From: an uncultured Pseudohongiella sp.
GTDB lineage: Bacteria > Pseudomonadota > Gammaproteobacteria > Pseudomonadales > Pseudohongiellaceae
Assembly (NCBI GenBank): GCA_965227635.1
Contig: OZ245763.1
Coordinates: 1,854,896 to 1,918,895 of the forward strand
Length of the DNA stretch: 64,000 nucleotides
Direction: 5' to 3'
Below, in pieces: positions 9,602 through 18,903 of the stretch (the stretch's first letter is position 1; every line of letters begins with the position of its first letter). The notes below the pieces were generated by a model that saw nothing but the letters and a program-made list of their open reading frames with translations, ran no database searches and was not told the DNA's origin. The position numbers and the translations under genes are program-made.

Positions 9602-10033
9602 ATGAAAAAAGCCATAATCAGCTTGCTTGTATTGCTCCTCGTAGCGCCGCTTAATGCGAGTGCTGCAAGTTGGATGGCTATGAGTATGGGTAATTCAGAC
9701 CAGCATATGCAGCATGCATCGCACGGTGACCGCGATCACACTCATCACGTTGATCACAGGGTAGATCAGCTTCTCGGTTCTCTCGATGTTCACAGTTCTC
9801 ACACTCACGACTCGCTCGACTCTCACAGTGATCCGCAATCTGCGCAACATCATGAGCACGATGCTGCCGATTGTGAAGAACACTGCGCGTCTTGTACCAA
9901 CCACTGCTCCAGTTTAGGCATTGTCACGACTACTCAGGATCGTATCGACACTGAGGGAAGTGTTACTGGCATGCTGATTGGTACACCTTCCAACCATTTT
10001 GAACTCCTGTTCAGGCCTCCGATAAACGCCTGA
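9602..10033 (+). CDS. Small secreted His/Cys-rich protein preceding copA (CopL/CzcI-like by position)
   Basis: Signal peptide, His-rich middle region, DCEEHCASCTNHC cluster and a C-terminal FRPPINA. It is a paralogue of 60385-60780. Confidence 0.7.
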   Translation: MKKAIISLLVLLLVAPLNASAASWMAMSMGNSDQHMQHASHGDRDHTHHVDHRVDQLLGSLDVHSSHTHDSLDSHSDPQSAQHHEHDAADCEEHCASCTNHCSSLGIVTTTQDRIDTEGSVTGMLIGTPSNHFELLFRPPINA

Positions 10034-10201
10034 GGGTCAGGGTCAATCGAGTTTTAGATCAATCCAGTGAGACTGTTTCTGTGTCAAATATTGACCAGAC
10101 GCGTTTTTCACTTATCGTACTGCCCCTGATCCTGATACCGGTTAATCATTTTGAATCCGGCGCTGTTTTGCGCCGATCATAAACCTGTTTGGGAGTAAGC
10201 A

Positions 10202-11962
10202 ATGCAGTTCAAAAATTGGCGTGAGCAATGGCTAAATAGGCCATCGCAAGCTGTAGTAAAGTCGAGGCGCCGTTTCGTTCAGGGTCTGAGTGCGGGGGGA
10301 GCCCTGAGTACCATGTCGCTTGGGGGTGGTGCGTTTGGTCAGCCGAATGTGACGCGCGTTGCCAATGCGCCGGTGTTGAGCGGAACGACTTTTGACCTCA
10401 CCATAGATCAGTTGCCTGTCAATTTTACTGGTGCGCCGAGAATGGCAGCAGCCATCAATGGTTCGATCCCGGGGCCAACCTTGCGTTGGAAAGAGGGCGA
10501 AACGGTAACCATCAATGTGACCAATCGCCTCGCGGAAACAACCTCCTTGCACTGGCATGGCATGATCCTGCCTTATGGCATGGATGGTGTACCGGGGCTT
10601 AGTTTCCCAGGTATCAGGCCCGGGGAAACTTTTCAGTACCGCTTCAAAGTGCAACAGAGCGGTACCTACTGGTATCACTCCCACTCCGGTTTTCAGGAAA
10701 TGAAAGGCATGTACGGCGCGATCGTTATTGATCCCGCCGCCGAGGACCGCATTCAGTCAGATCGTGATCATGTCATCCTGCTATCGGAGTGGACTGATGA
10801 GGACCCGCATCATGTCTTCCAGAAACTCAAGACCATGGGCCACCTGTACAACTTCAACCAGCCTACATTGCCAGGCTTTTTGGATGATGTTGCAAGAGAC
10901 GGGTTGCAAGCTGCGATGAGCCGGCGTGACATGTTCAATGTCATGCGCATGAAGCCCACGGACCTTGCTGATCTTTCTGCAGAAACGTTGACCTACCTGA
11001 TGAACGGCATTACGCCTAGTGGCAATGATACCAAGTTGTTTAATGTGGGTGAGCGAGTGCGACTGCGATTCATCAATGGTGCAGGCAATACCTTCTTCGA
11101 TCTGCGCATTCCTGACCTGCCTATGACGGTAGTGCAAGTGGACGGTATCAATTTAGAGCCTGTCACCGTAGACGAGTTTCGTATGGGGCCCGGAGAAACG
11201 GTGGATGTCCTGGTGCGGCCCACCGAGGATGCCTATTCAATCTTTGCAGAAACCATGGAACGTACGGGCTTTGCGCTCGGCACCCTTGCAACACGCCCCG
11301 GACTGAAGGCTACTGTGCCGTCAAGGCGCCAGGCGCAGTGGCTGTCCATGACGGACATGATGGGGGCAATGCCCCATGACGATCCCGCTATGGGTGGTAT
11401 GAATCATGGCGATGATCATATGGCGATGGGAGACAGCATGGTGGCAGTGCGTCATGCCAGCTCTGAATTTGGTCCCAGCACGGATATGCGTGTGGATTCA
11501 CCCAGAATCAACCTCGATGACCCTGGCGTTGGCTTGCGAGAAACCTCGCGCCGCGTACTGACGCTTGCAGACCTGCATTCGCTGGATGGCGAATTTGACA
11601 GCCGTGACCCAGAAAGAGAGATCGAGTTGCACCTCACCGGCAATATGGAGCGCTATAGCTGGTCCATAGACGGGCTGGAATATGGCAAATCCACCCCGGT
11701 GCATTTTCGCCAATATGAGAAGGTGCGCGTGCATCTGCACAACGACACCATGATGACCCATCCGATGCATCTACACGGTATGTGGAGTGATCTCGAAGAT
11801 GCCTACGGAAATTTCCTGGCGCGCCGTCACACGATTCCTGTGCAGCCAGCGCAGCGAGTCAGTTTTAGCGCGACCGCTGACGCCGTGGGAAGGTGGGCCT
11901 GGCATTGCCATCTGTTGTTTCATATGGACGCGGGCATGTTCAGGGAGGTGATTGTCACATGA
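10202..11962 (+). CDS. copA: Multicopper oxidase CopA (copper resistance protein A)
   Basis: Tat signal SRRRFVQGL. Copper-site blocks HWHGM, YWYHSHS, HPMHLHG and WAWHCHLLFHMDAGM. Met/His-rich insert. Confidence 0.9.
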   Translation: MQFKNWREQWLNRPSQAVVKSRRRFVQGLSAGGALSTMSLGGGAFGQPNVTRVANAPVLSGTTFDLTIDQLPVNFTGAPRMAAAINGSIPGPTLRWKEGETVTINVTNRLAETTSLHWHGMILPYGMDGVPGLSFPGIRPGETFQYRFKVQQSGTYWYHSHSGFQEMKGMYGAIVIDPAAEDRIQSDRDHVILLSEWTDEDPHHVFQKLKTMGHLYNFNQPTLPGFLDDVARDGLQAAMSRRDMFNVMRMKPTDLADLSAETLTYLMNGITPSGNDTKLFNVGERVRLRFINGAGNTFFDLRIPDLPMTVVQVDGINLEPVTVDEFRMGPGETVDVLVRPTEDAYSIFAETMERTGFALGTLATRPGLKATVPSRRQAQWLSMTDMMGAMPHDDPAMGGMNHGDDHMAMGDSMVAVRHASSEFGPSTDMRVDSPRINLDDPGVGLRETSRRVLTLADLHSLDGEFDSRDPEREIELHLTGNMERYSWSIDGLEYGKSTPVHFRQYEKVRVHLHNDTMMTHPMHLHGMWSDLEDAYGNFLARRHTIPVQPAQRVSFSATADAVGRWAWHCHLLFHMDAGMFREVIVT

Positions 11963-12924
11963 TGATCAGCAGAGATTCTTGTAGAACGAAAGTTCTACTA
12001 TTCGCAGGCATTTTTTTCGCGGTGGTGTTGAATCAGGCAATTGCGCAGGATCATACGGGGCATACCGGTGCTGTACAGCAAGAAGCTGTCGAGCACGGCG
12101 CACACCATGACATACAAGTCCCAGCCGTACATGCCCATGGCAGCGACCAAACTATGCAGATGCAATCAATGGATGGGCGCATGAGCGAAAATCAGGGAGT
12201 GGGCAGTTTGCGTGATCCTCATGCCTACTCGGGCGGGTACATCCGTGGGGAGGGGCCGTATTCGCTACCAGTTTCGGAGCAACGTCAGTTGGCTGACGAG
12301 ACTGTTTTTGCTGGTCTATGGATAGACCGTCTGGAGACTCGTCAGGGCAGGGCGGAGGACTTCCAGGAATTCCAGGGTGAGGCCTGGATGGGAAATAGCT
12401 ATCGTCGGCTGTTGCTTCGAACGGAACTGGAAGGGAGAACGCAAACTATCGAGGAATCCAAGACCGAGTTGCTGTACCAGCGTGCATTGACTCCGTTTTG
12501 GGATCTTGAGATTGGCGCCCGTTGCGACCACGGTGACCTTGAGCACCGTGAATGGTTCGCACTCGGGGTTTCCGGCATGGCACCCTACTGGGTCGAGATT
12601 AGTGCTACTGCCTTTGCCAGCCCGGAGGGACACTCGGCCGCTACGATTGAAGCAGAATATGATCTGTATTTGACCCAGCGCTTTATCCTGCAGCCCAGAG
12701 CCGAGTTGGACTTCTACGGCGACTCCGACCTCGAGGCAGGGCACGGCAAAGGGCTTTCCAAGAGCTTGCTGGGTTTACGCCTGCGCTATGACTTCGATCG
12801 GCAGTTCTCACCCTACGTGGGCTACGAGCGAGTGCATCGTCATGGTGAAACGACCCGTGCGTTTGAGCCTTTCGGGCAGCATCGTGAGGGCCAGTGGATT
12901 GCGGGGTTTCGTTTCTGGTTCTAG
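11959..12924 (+). CDS. copB: Copper resistance protein B (outer membrane)
   Basis: The ATG overlaps the copA stop (ATGA). Signal peptide MMISRDSCRTKVLLFAGIFFAVVLNQAIA. Ends in ...GFRFWF. The track start 11893 lies inside copA and is unlikely. Confidence 0.85.
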   Translation: MMISRDSCRTKVLLFAGIFFAVVLNQAIAQDHTGHTGAVQQEAVEHGAHHDIQVPAVHAHGSDQTMQMQSMDGRMSENQGVGSLRDPHAYSGGYIRGEGPYSLPVSEQRQLADETVFAGLWIDRLETRQGRAEDFQEFQGEAWMGNSYRRLLLRTELEGRTQTIEESKTELLYQRALTPFWDLEIGARCDHGDLEHREWFALGVSGMAPYWVEISATAFASPEGHSAATIEAEYDLYLTQRFILQPRAELDFYGDSDLEAGHGKGLSKSLLGLRLRYDFDRQFSPYVGYERVHRHGETTRAFEPFGQHREGQWIAGFRFWF

Positions 12925-12931
12925 GTAAAAA

Positions 12932-13034
12932 GGGGACACTCATAAAATAATAAAATAGCGAAGTTTGGCTGGATAATAGTCTTCACTCTCTTCGGTTGTT
13001 TCGGGCGTTATTTTATTATTTTATGAGTGTCCCC
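12932..13034. repeat. GGGGACACT inverted-repeat element, subtype A (full copy)
   Basis: Left arm GGGGACACTCATAAAATAATAAAAT. Right arm ATTTTATTATTTTATGAGTGTCCCC. About 50 nt of unique core. Confidence 0.85.
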
Positions 13035-13280
13035 TCTTTCCCGAACTCAAGAAGGGCGTAGAATTCAGCCTGTTTTTACGCTTTGGACTAAATCTGGCAA
13101 TGGATGCTGGGAAGCATTTGAGCTACCTGTGCGTACGAGTTAGTTCTGGTAAGTTATTAGGAGATTTCTGGAGTTCCATTTGTTGGGAAAAGCAGTTTTG
13201 CCCGATATTGGTCCGGGGATATACTGATTGTTTACACGAGATTTTCTACGAAAAATGAGGGCTTGGATCGGGGACTAACC

Positions 13281-14117
13281 ATGGTAAAAATTTTCCTGCT
13301 TTCTGTTCTATTCGCAATTTCACTGGCCCAATCAGCATGGGCTCAATCAGATATTGTCCACTACATTCGTTACTCGTATGCAGGCAAGACGTCCGTGGGC
13401 ATATTGGAAGACGATATGATCCATGAGTTGTGGGGAGACAGCTTCTTTGATAGTCCACCACGCACCGGCAATACTGTTCCCCTTGACCAGGTTAGGGTGG
13501 AGATCCCGGTTGAGTCCAGACAAATTTTCGCTCTTGGTTTGAATTATCAAGATCACTTGGGAGATCGGGAAATTCCTGAAGTACCATCGCTGTTTCTAAA
13601 GCTGCCATCGACACTCGCGGCTCATGAAGAACCGATCATCTATCGGGAAGGCTTCACTGACTTGCACTACGAGGCTGAGCTTGTCCTTGTGATTGGCAAG
13701 GAGGGGTCGGCCATACCAATAGAAGAAGCCGGAGACTATATTTTTGGGGTAACTGCTGGCAATGATATTAGTGAAAGAGTGTGGCAGGCCAACCATCGAC
13801 ATCTTGTGCGCGCTAAAGGATCAGACCAGTTCGGACCGGTGGGACCAGTAATTGCTACCGGGCTTGACTACAATAATCTTGGTATCGAATCCAGGCTCAA
13901 TGGAGAGCTCAGACAGTCATCGAATACAAGTTATCTCATGCGCGGTGCCCATGAACTTGTGAGTCATATCAGCCAATATATCACGCTATTACCTGGTGAT
14001 ATGATCTTTACTGGCACACCCGGCCAGACTGCTTCAATGCAAGTCGGAGATGTGGTTGAGATAACACTGGAAGGTGTAGGCACACTACGCAATCGAATAG
14101 TGTTGCCAAATCCATAG
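13281..14117 (+). CDS. Fumarylacetoacetate hydrolase (FAH) family protein with apparent signal peptide
   Basis: FAH-family blocks (YEAELVLVIGKEG, GVTAGNDISER, GDMIFTGTPG). I prefer the start at MVKIFLLSVLFAISLAQSAWA. Confidence 0.75.
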   Translation: MVKIFLLSVLFAISLAQSAWAQSDIVHYIRYSYAGKTSVGILEDDMIHELWGDSFFDSPPRTGNTVPLDQVRVEIPVESRQIFALGLNYQDHLGDREIPEVPSLFLKLPSTLAAHEEPIIYREGFTDLHYEAELVLVIGKEGSAIPIEEAGDYIFGVTAGNDISERVWQANHRHLVRAKGSDQFGPVGPVIATGLDYNNLGIESRLNGELRQSSNTSYLMRGAHELVSHISQYITLLPGDMIFTGTPGQTASMQVGDVVEITLEGVGTLRNRIVLPNP

Positions 14118-14139
14118 TCAGACTGGCAGTAAAGCCACA

Positions 14140-14235
14140 GGACACTAACAATTCAAGTGAACGTCACTCATCAAGGTGTTTTGTTTTCCCTTCGGGGTAA
14201 AGGGGGCAGGAAACTATCATGCAATTTCTGTCCCC
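14140..14235. repeat. Degenerate copy of the GGGGACACT element
   Basis: Left end GGACACTAACAATTCAAG. Right end TTTCTGTCCCCAATT. It matches the family termini only loosely. Confidence 0.35.
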
Positions 14236-14443
14236 AATTGATCTGAACCTGAGTTCGGTTTCGTTGGGAAGGAATGGGCTGCGATTGCGGACGCAGGACA
14301 GGTAAGTAGTGTCCAGGGGGTACTATATAGTTTGAGAAATTGGTAGATCGGGGTGGTCTGATGGCTAGTCCGATGAAACCGTGGGTATCCCGAAACTCTC
14401 ACCAACTTTTCAATCGCATGCCAGCGTATTCCTCTTCATGTGA

Positions 14444-16267
14444 GTGCAGTCACATCTGGGTCTCTGGAAAATCAGTCTAACAATAGAGACTTGTTACAAT
14501 GGTGAGGCTTTGAGAAAAATTCCCACAAACTGGTCCGCCGAGTTGCCAATTTTAAGATTTCTATTCATAAGCGCATTCCTGCCAATACTGTCTAGCTTTT
14601 CTAGTTTTCCGATTGGCGCTGCAGAGCTGTCCGAAGTTTATAAATCCAATGGACATTCCGCATCCAGGCCGGGATTTACCGTGCTGAATAGCACTGGCAC
14701 TTTGTACTTCACTTTGGGCAGCGGTTCAATTATGCGTCTATCGCCGAATGGAGAGGTCGCCGAATTTCTCCCTCCGATTGTGACGAATGATTCGATGCAA
14801 CTTGTTATTGCGTTTCTGGTTGTTGATAGTTCAGACAATTTGTATGTTGGTGGTGAACTGGATAGCAATACCTCTTCGCTGGAAAAGCATTTCGGGTTCT
14901 TTCAAGTTACGCCTTCAGCGGAAGTAAGAGAGTTAGCCCGGATCGACGAGATTAGTGGCATTAATTTGCGAGGAGTCACTTCAGGCGCTGTGGATCAATA
15001 TGGCAACTTATTTGTAAGTGGCTATGTTAGTGACACCATTATACGAATAGGTACCGACGGTCCAGTAGTCGAATATCTGAGTGGGCCTACTTTATCAGGT
15101 AATATTCACTTCGATAGTCCTCGCAGCCTGTTGATGGACGCTGAAGACAATTTATATATCGCAGCAACCGGGAGTGACAATTTAATCCGCGTATCCTCGA
15201 TGGGTGAAATAACTGCGCTGGCTATAGGGGAAATAGCTTTTGATGGCCGAAGTTTCTCATCGCCCTACAGTGTTTCGATTAATCAATTCGGAGAGCTTCT
15301 TGTTTCATCTGTGCGCCCGGATGGAGGCGCCTACCTGATCTCTGCTAACGACCAAATAACAAGGGTTCTCTCGGAATCGGGTGATGGGACTGGTTTTGTA
15401 CACACGTTTGGAAGAGGCCTCCTGCATGGTCCTGCGGAATTTATCGGTGAAGCGTTCATCAGTGCGGGGAGGACTGCTGTTGACTCAGAGGGAAATTTTT
15501 ATGTTGTGGGACAGGAGTCAGACAACATCTTCAGAATTGGCAGGGATGGAAGCCTAACTACGATTATTGGAACAACGAAGAATACAACCAATCTGATAGA
15601 CGGGCCGCGAGGCCTGGTAATTGATCAGGATAATAACCTATACGTAACCTCTGCTTTCTCTGCAAATATAGTCAAGATTGAGGACAGTCTTTCTATCGAA
15701 TACAGTCCATCCGATTGCACTAAGGCGTCAGCTTTGGAGTCAGTCACCGATACATTCAATTGCATCCCTTCAGACGCCGATTTGCCGGTGTTTCGTTTTT
15801 ATAACTCACGAGACAACGCCTTTTTCTATACGTCGACCTGGGACGAGGCTGCCATTGTTATTGCGAATAGTTCATCGAAGATGGTTGAAGAAAACCGCTG
15901 GCCTTATACGTACCAGGGATCCACATTCAGCGCAGCTTATCGATATTCAGGGACTGTGCCTTTATACCGTTTTTACAATTACAGCACTGGACACCATTTC
16001 TTTACAGCCAGCGAAGAAGAAAAAAGTTATGTGCTTCAGCAAATATCTGAAAGCGATTGGCCATTCAATTACGAAGGCGTAGCATTTCAGGTTTATCTCA
16101 AAGACCCAACACCAGATTTCCAGGGGAGTGAGGTTCCGGTGTTCAGATTCTATAGTGGATCATTGAACCGTCATTTTTACACAGCCAATCCCATTGAAGC
16201 AGAAGTGCTGAATTCTTCTACGGAGTGGGGATATGAGGGCATTGGGTTTTATGGGGAATCACACTAA
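14444..16267 (+). CDS. Secreted beta-propeller (NHL-like) repeat protein with C-terminal RFYN...HFYT repeats (DUF5648-like)
   Basis: Repeated DNLYV/GNLFV-type propeller blades. Three C-terminal repeats: PVFRFYNSRDNAFFYTS, PLYRFYNYSTGHHFFTAS and PVFRFYSGSLNRHFYTAN. The GTG start is uncertain. Confidence 0.65.
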   Translation: MQSHLGLWKISLTIETCYNGEALRKIPTNWSAELPILRFLFISAFLPILSSFSSFPIGAAELSEVYKSNGHSASRPGFTVLNSTGTLYFTLGSGSIMRLSPNGEVAEFLPPIVTNDSMQLVIAFLVVDSSDNLYVGGELDSNTSSLEKHFGFFQVTPSAEVRELARIDEISGINLRGVTSGAVDQYGNLFVSGYVSDTIIRIGTDGPVVEYLSGPTLSGNIHFDSPRSLLMDAEDNLYIAATGSDNLIRVSSMGEITALAIGEIAFDGRSFSSPYSVSINQFGELLVSSVRPDGGAYLISANDQITRVLSESGDGTGFVHTFGRGLLHGPAEFIGEAFISAGRTAVDSEGNFYVVGQESDNIFRIGRDGSLTTIIGTTKNTTNLIDGPRGLVIDQDNNLYVTSAFSANIVKIEDSLSIEYSPSDCTKASALESVTDTFNCIPSDADLPVFRFYNSRDNAFFYTSTWDEAAIVIANSSSKMVEENRWPYTYQGSTFSAAYRYSGTVPLYRFYNYSTGHHFFTASEEEKSYVLQQISESDWPFNYEGVAFQVYLKDPTPDFQGSEVPVFRFYSGSLNRHFYTANPIEAEVLNSSTEWGYEGIGFYGESH

Positions 16268-16273
16268 TGATAA

Positions 16274-16349
16274 GGGGACACTGATAACTTTATAACTTAG
16301 CGAGGTTTTCTATTCAGAACTCATGAAGTTACCAAGTTATCAGCGTCCC
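16274..16349. repeat. GGGGACACT inverted-repeat element, subtype B
   Basis: GGGGACACTGATAACTT...AAGTTATCAGCGTCCC. The core contains TTAGCGAGG. Confidence 0.85.
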
Positions 16350-16379
16350 TGTCGTGCACTAGTGTTCCCTCATTCTTCC

Positions 16380-17444
16380 TTATCGTTGCCTGGTTGCGGT
16401 AGCGCAGGAAGAAAACAGTTCAGTTCTTACTTCAACACCTTTCTCTGCCAGTCGAGCCTGGTCTGTGCACGACACGTTGGTATGTCTTAGTTCCACGATG
16501 TCGCCAGCACCAATACCCGGGTTTTCCATCAGCGCCTGAATATTGGTTAGTTCAGGATTGAAACGCAGGTCCAATTGCATGAGGTTTGGTAGTCCACTTA
16601 GCGGGCTTATGTCAGTTACATCGTTGCCGGTAAGTTCGAGATACTGCAGCTTATAAAGTCCGCGCAGAGGGCTTATGTCGGTAAATGAATTGCCAGCCAG
16701 ACGCAATTCTTCCAGTTGAGTGAGGTCACTTAAAGGTGACAGGTCGCTTATGTCTTGCGTATGGATATTCAGGTCTACTAAATTAGTCAGATTTGCCAGT
16801 GGGCTAATGTCGGTAATGGCATTGGTAAAGAGAATTCCGGTTGCACCCATATGCGTTCTTGGAACCTGCCCTCCAATGAAATCACCATGGCGGTGCATGC
16901 GCAGCACTCGTAATTCAGTCAATTCACTTAACGCGCTGATATCTGTGAGGGGATTCTCGGCAATACGCAATCGAACCAGATTGGTCAGACCAGCGAGTGG
17001 GCTGATGTCTGATATCCAATTGGTATGAAGGTTGAGGTTTATAAGACTGGTAAGCCCGGCCAGCGGGCTGATATCGGACAAGCCCCGGTTCCTTAGCGCG
17101 AGGTCAGTCAGGCCTGTGAGGTTCTGTATTCCGGACAGGTCATGGAATATGTGGTCAGTATCCTGCCATTCTGGCGAGCCGGACACTGACCGCCTTGAAC
17201 CCGGACCGGAAGCTTCCAATGCGGTGAGTCCAGCGGCTAATTCACAGGTGAGGGCATCTTGCTCGCCAATGGACAGGGCCTCCCGTACCCGGCTTTCCAG
17301 CACGGCATCGGCAAAACTTACAATGTCCGAGGCGGCGTGATTTTGGCAGTGTTCGCCAGGCAGTAAAACTTGCTGGCCCCAGGCTCCCGAGCAAAAAGCG
17401 AGCGCAACCGCGCTTAGCAAAATTCTTCTTATTATCGGTTTCAT
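16380..17444 (-). CDS. Secreted leucine-rich-repeat (LRR) protein
   Basis: Signal peptide MKPIIRRILLSAVALAFCSGAWG. About ten ~22-aa repeats of the form LTxLxxLxLxxNxIxDISPLxxL. Confidence 0.85.
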   Translation of the reverse strand: MKPIIRRILLSAVALAFCSGAWGQQVLLPGEHCQNHAASDIVSFADAVLESRVREALSIGEQDALTCELAAGLTALEASGPGSRRSVSGSPEWQDTDHIFHDLSGIQNLTGLTDLALRNRGLSDISPLAGLTSLINLNLHTNWISDISPLAGLTNLVRLRIAENPLTDISALSELTELRVLRMHRHGDFIGGQVPRTHMGATGILFTNAITDISPLANLTNLVDLNIHTQDISDLSPLSDLTQLEELRLAGNSFTDISPLRGLYKLQYLELTGNDVTDISPLSGLPNLMQLDLRFNPELTNIQALMENPGIGAGDIVELRHTNVSCTDQARLAEKGVEVRTELFSSCATATRQR

Positions 17445-17526
17445 TGTGGCTGTCCTGTGTTTGGGCGCAGGTTATTGGACTAGCACTCTAGCGAGTTTCG
17501 GGGCTGGCGTCATCTCTGAGGAGCTT

Positions 17527-17603
17527 GGGGACACTGATAACTTATTGACTTAAGGAATTCAGAATAGGATGCCTCGCTAAGTGTTTAAGTTATCAGTGTC
17601 CCC
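17527..17603. repeat. GGGGACACT inverted-repeat element, subtype B (core inverted relative to 16274-16349)
   Basis: GGGGACACTGATAACTTATTGAC...CCTCGCTAAGTGTTTAAGTTATCAGTGTCCCC. Its reverse complement aligns with the 16274 copy. Confidence 0.85.
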
Positions 17604-17615
17604 AATTGTTCGCAG

Positions 17616-18854
17616 TCACCATTTATCTTGCGAGAACAATGCCAGCAACTCAGTCTGCAATGATGAGAAGTCAGTAAACTCTGGCAAGGTCGTGTTCATC
17701 GTCATGGCAATGACCAGTGACTGCTCAGGATAGACGGCCAACCACGCCATCGAACCCTTGGACACGCCGCCGTGATGGGCGTAGCCATCGACCTCTCGCC
17801 AGCGCCAGGTCAGCGCATAGGATTGTTCATTAACCTCACCGTTATTCAGCTTTTGTGGCGTCCAGAAAGTCTCGCGTGTGGCTTGGTCGATGAATTCGTT
17901 GTCCAACCAGGCACTGCCCAGCATGGCTAAATCTGCCGGCCTCGACATGAATCCGCCGCCGGCCAGCTTGTTGCTCAGATCAACGCGGCGCCACGGCTGA
18001 ACAAGCTTGCCGTCCTGTTGATAGAACGTGGCACGTTGCGGATTCTCTTCATCAGGCATGGGAGAGGACAAGCCCAGTGGTGCGGTGACTTGCTGTCGTA
18101 GCAACTCAGCAAAGGGCGCCTCAGCCACACTCTGCAACACAGCGGCGATGATCAGGGTATCGAATGAGGAATACTCAAATTCACTGCCCGGTTGATAGCG
18201 CAGTGGATTACCGTCAAACAGCTCGAGACTTTCCAAGACGTTGTCATGGTGTCTGCGCAATGCGCCTGTTTGATAGAGTCCTGCCCAGTCCCTGTTGGTG
18301 CTGTACTCGGGAATCCCGGCCATGTGGGAAGCCAATTGCCGCAAGGTCAATTGTGACCAGTCGGGGTTGGGCAGAGCGAGTTCATAGTGGCCAATGGGTG
18401 TGTCCAGATCGACAGCGTTGTTCGCGACCATGCGCGCCAGCAGTGTGCCGGTCACTGGTTTCGATGTGGAGCCAATGCGATACAAGGTTTGTGGTGTGGC
18501 GAGTCTCTCCGACGCCAGATCAGACCAGCCGGTTGCGGCACTCCAGACCAGTTCACCCTCTATGGCCACCGCAGCGGATAGTGAGGGCGCATGAATGGCT
18601 GCCTGACGTGCCTTCAGCAGAGAACATGCCTGCTCGAATAGTTGCACCCGGATCGGCTCGGCAGCTCCAGTCTGACAGCTGTTTGCCAGAGGTACTTCCT
18701 GCCACGCCCAGGGTTTGCGCATCCAGGGGGTGTCCTCCCCGATAAAGCCATATACCGGCCACACCAGGTAGGTGAGAATGACCATTATCAGCAGACCCAA
18801 CCCACCAGCAATTTTTCGAACAGACATAATGCACTCTCTCTTATTCATCTCCAT
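17616..18854 (-). CDS. Serine hydrolase, class C beta-lactamase / PBP-like family
   Basis: SxxK motif (IGSTSKPVTG) after an N-terminal membrane anchor. An alternative start is at 18827 (MSVRKIAGG). Confidence 0.8.
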   Translation of the reverse strand: MEMNKRECIMSVRKIAGGLGLLIMVILTYLVWPVYGFIGEDTPWMRKPWAWQEVPLANSCQTGAAEPIRVQLFEQACSLLKARQAAIHAPSLSAAVAIEGELVWSAATGWSDLASERLATPQTLYRIGSTSKPVTGTLLARMVANNAVDLDTPIGHYELALPNPDWSQLTLRQLASHMAGIPEYSTNRDWAGLYQTGALRRHHDNVLESLELFDGNPLRYQPGSEFEYSSFDTLIIAAVLQSVAEAPFAELLRQQVTAPLGLSSPMPDEENPQRATFYQQDGKLVQPWRRVDLSNKLAGGGFMSRPADLAMLGSAWLDNEFIDQATRETFWTPQKLNNGEVNEQSYALTWRWREVDGYAHHGGVSKGSMAWLAVYPEQSLVIAMTMNTTLPEFTDFSSLQTELLALFSQDKW

Positions 18855-18903
18855 GGGGAGTCTGCTGGAGAGCGTGCCGGGAGGTCTTGCCGATTTTGAA
18901 AAA

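Noticed and set aside
11893-11958. The long 5' extensions of copB in the track, here and at 62641-62706.
   Set aside because: The extensions lie inside copA and precede a clean signal peptide that starts at an ATG overlapping the copA stop (ATGA).
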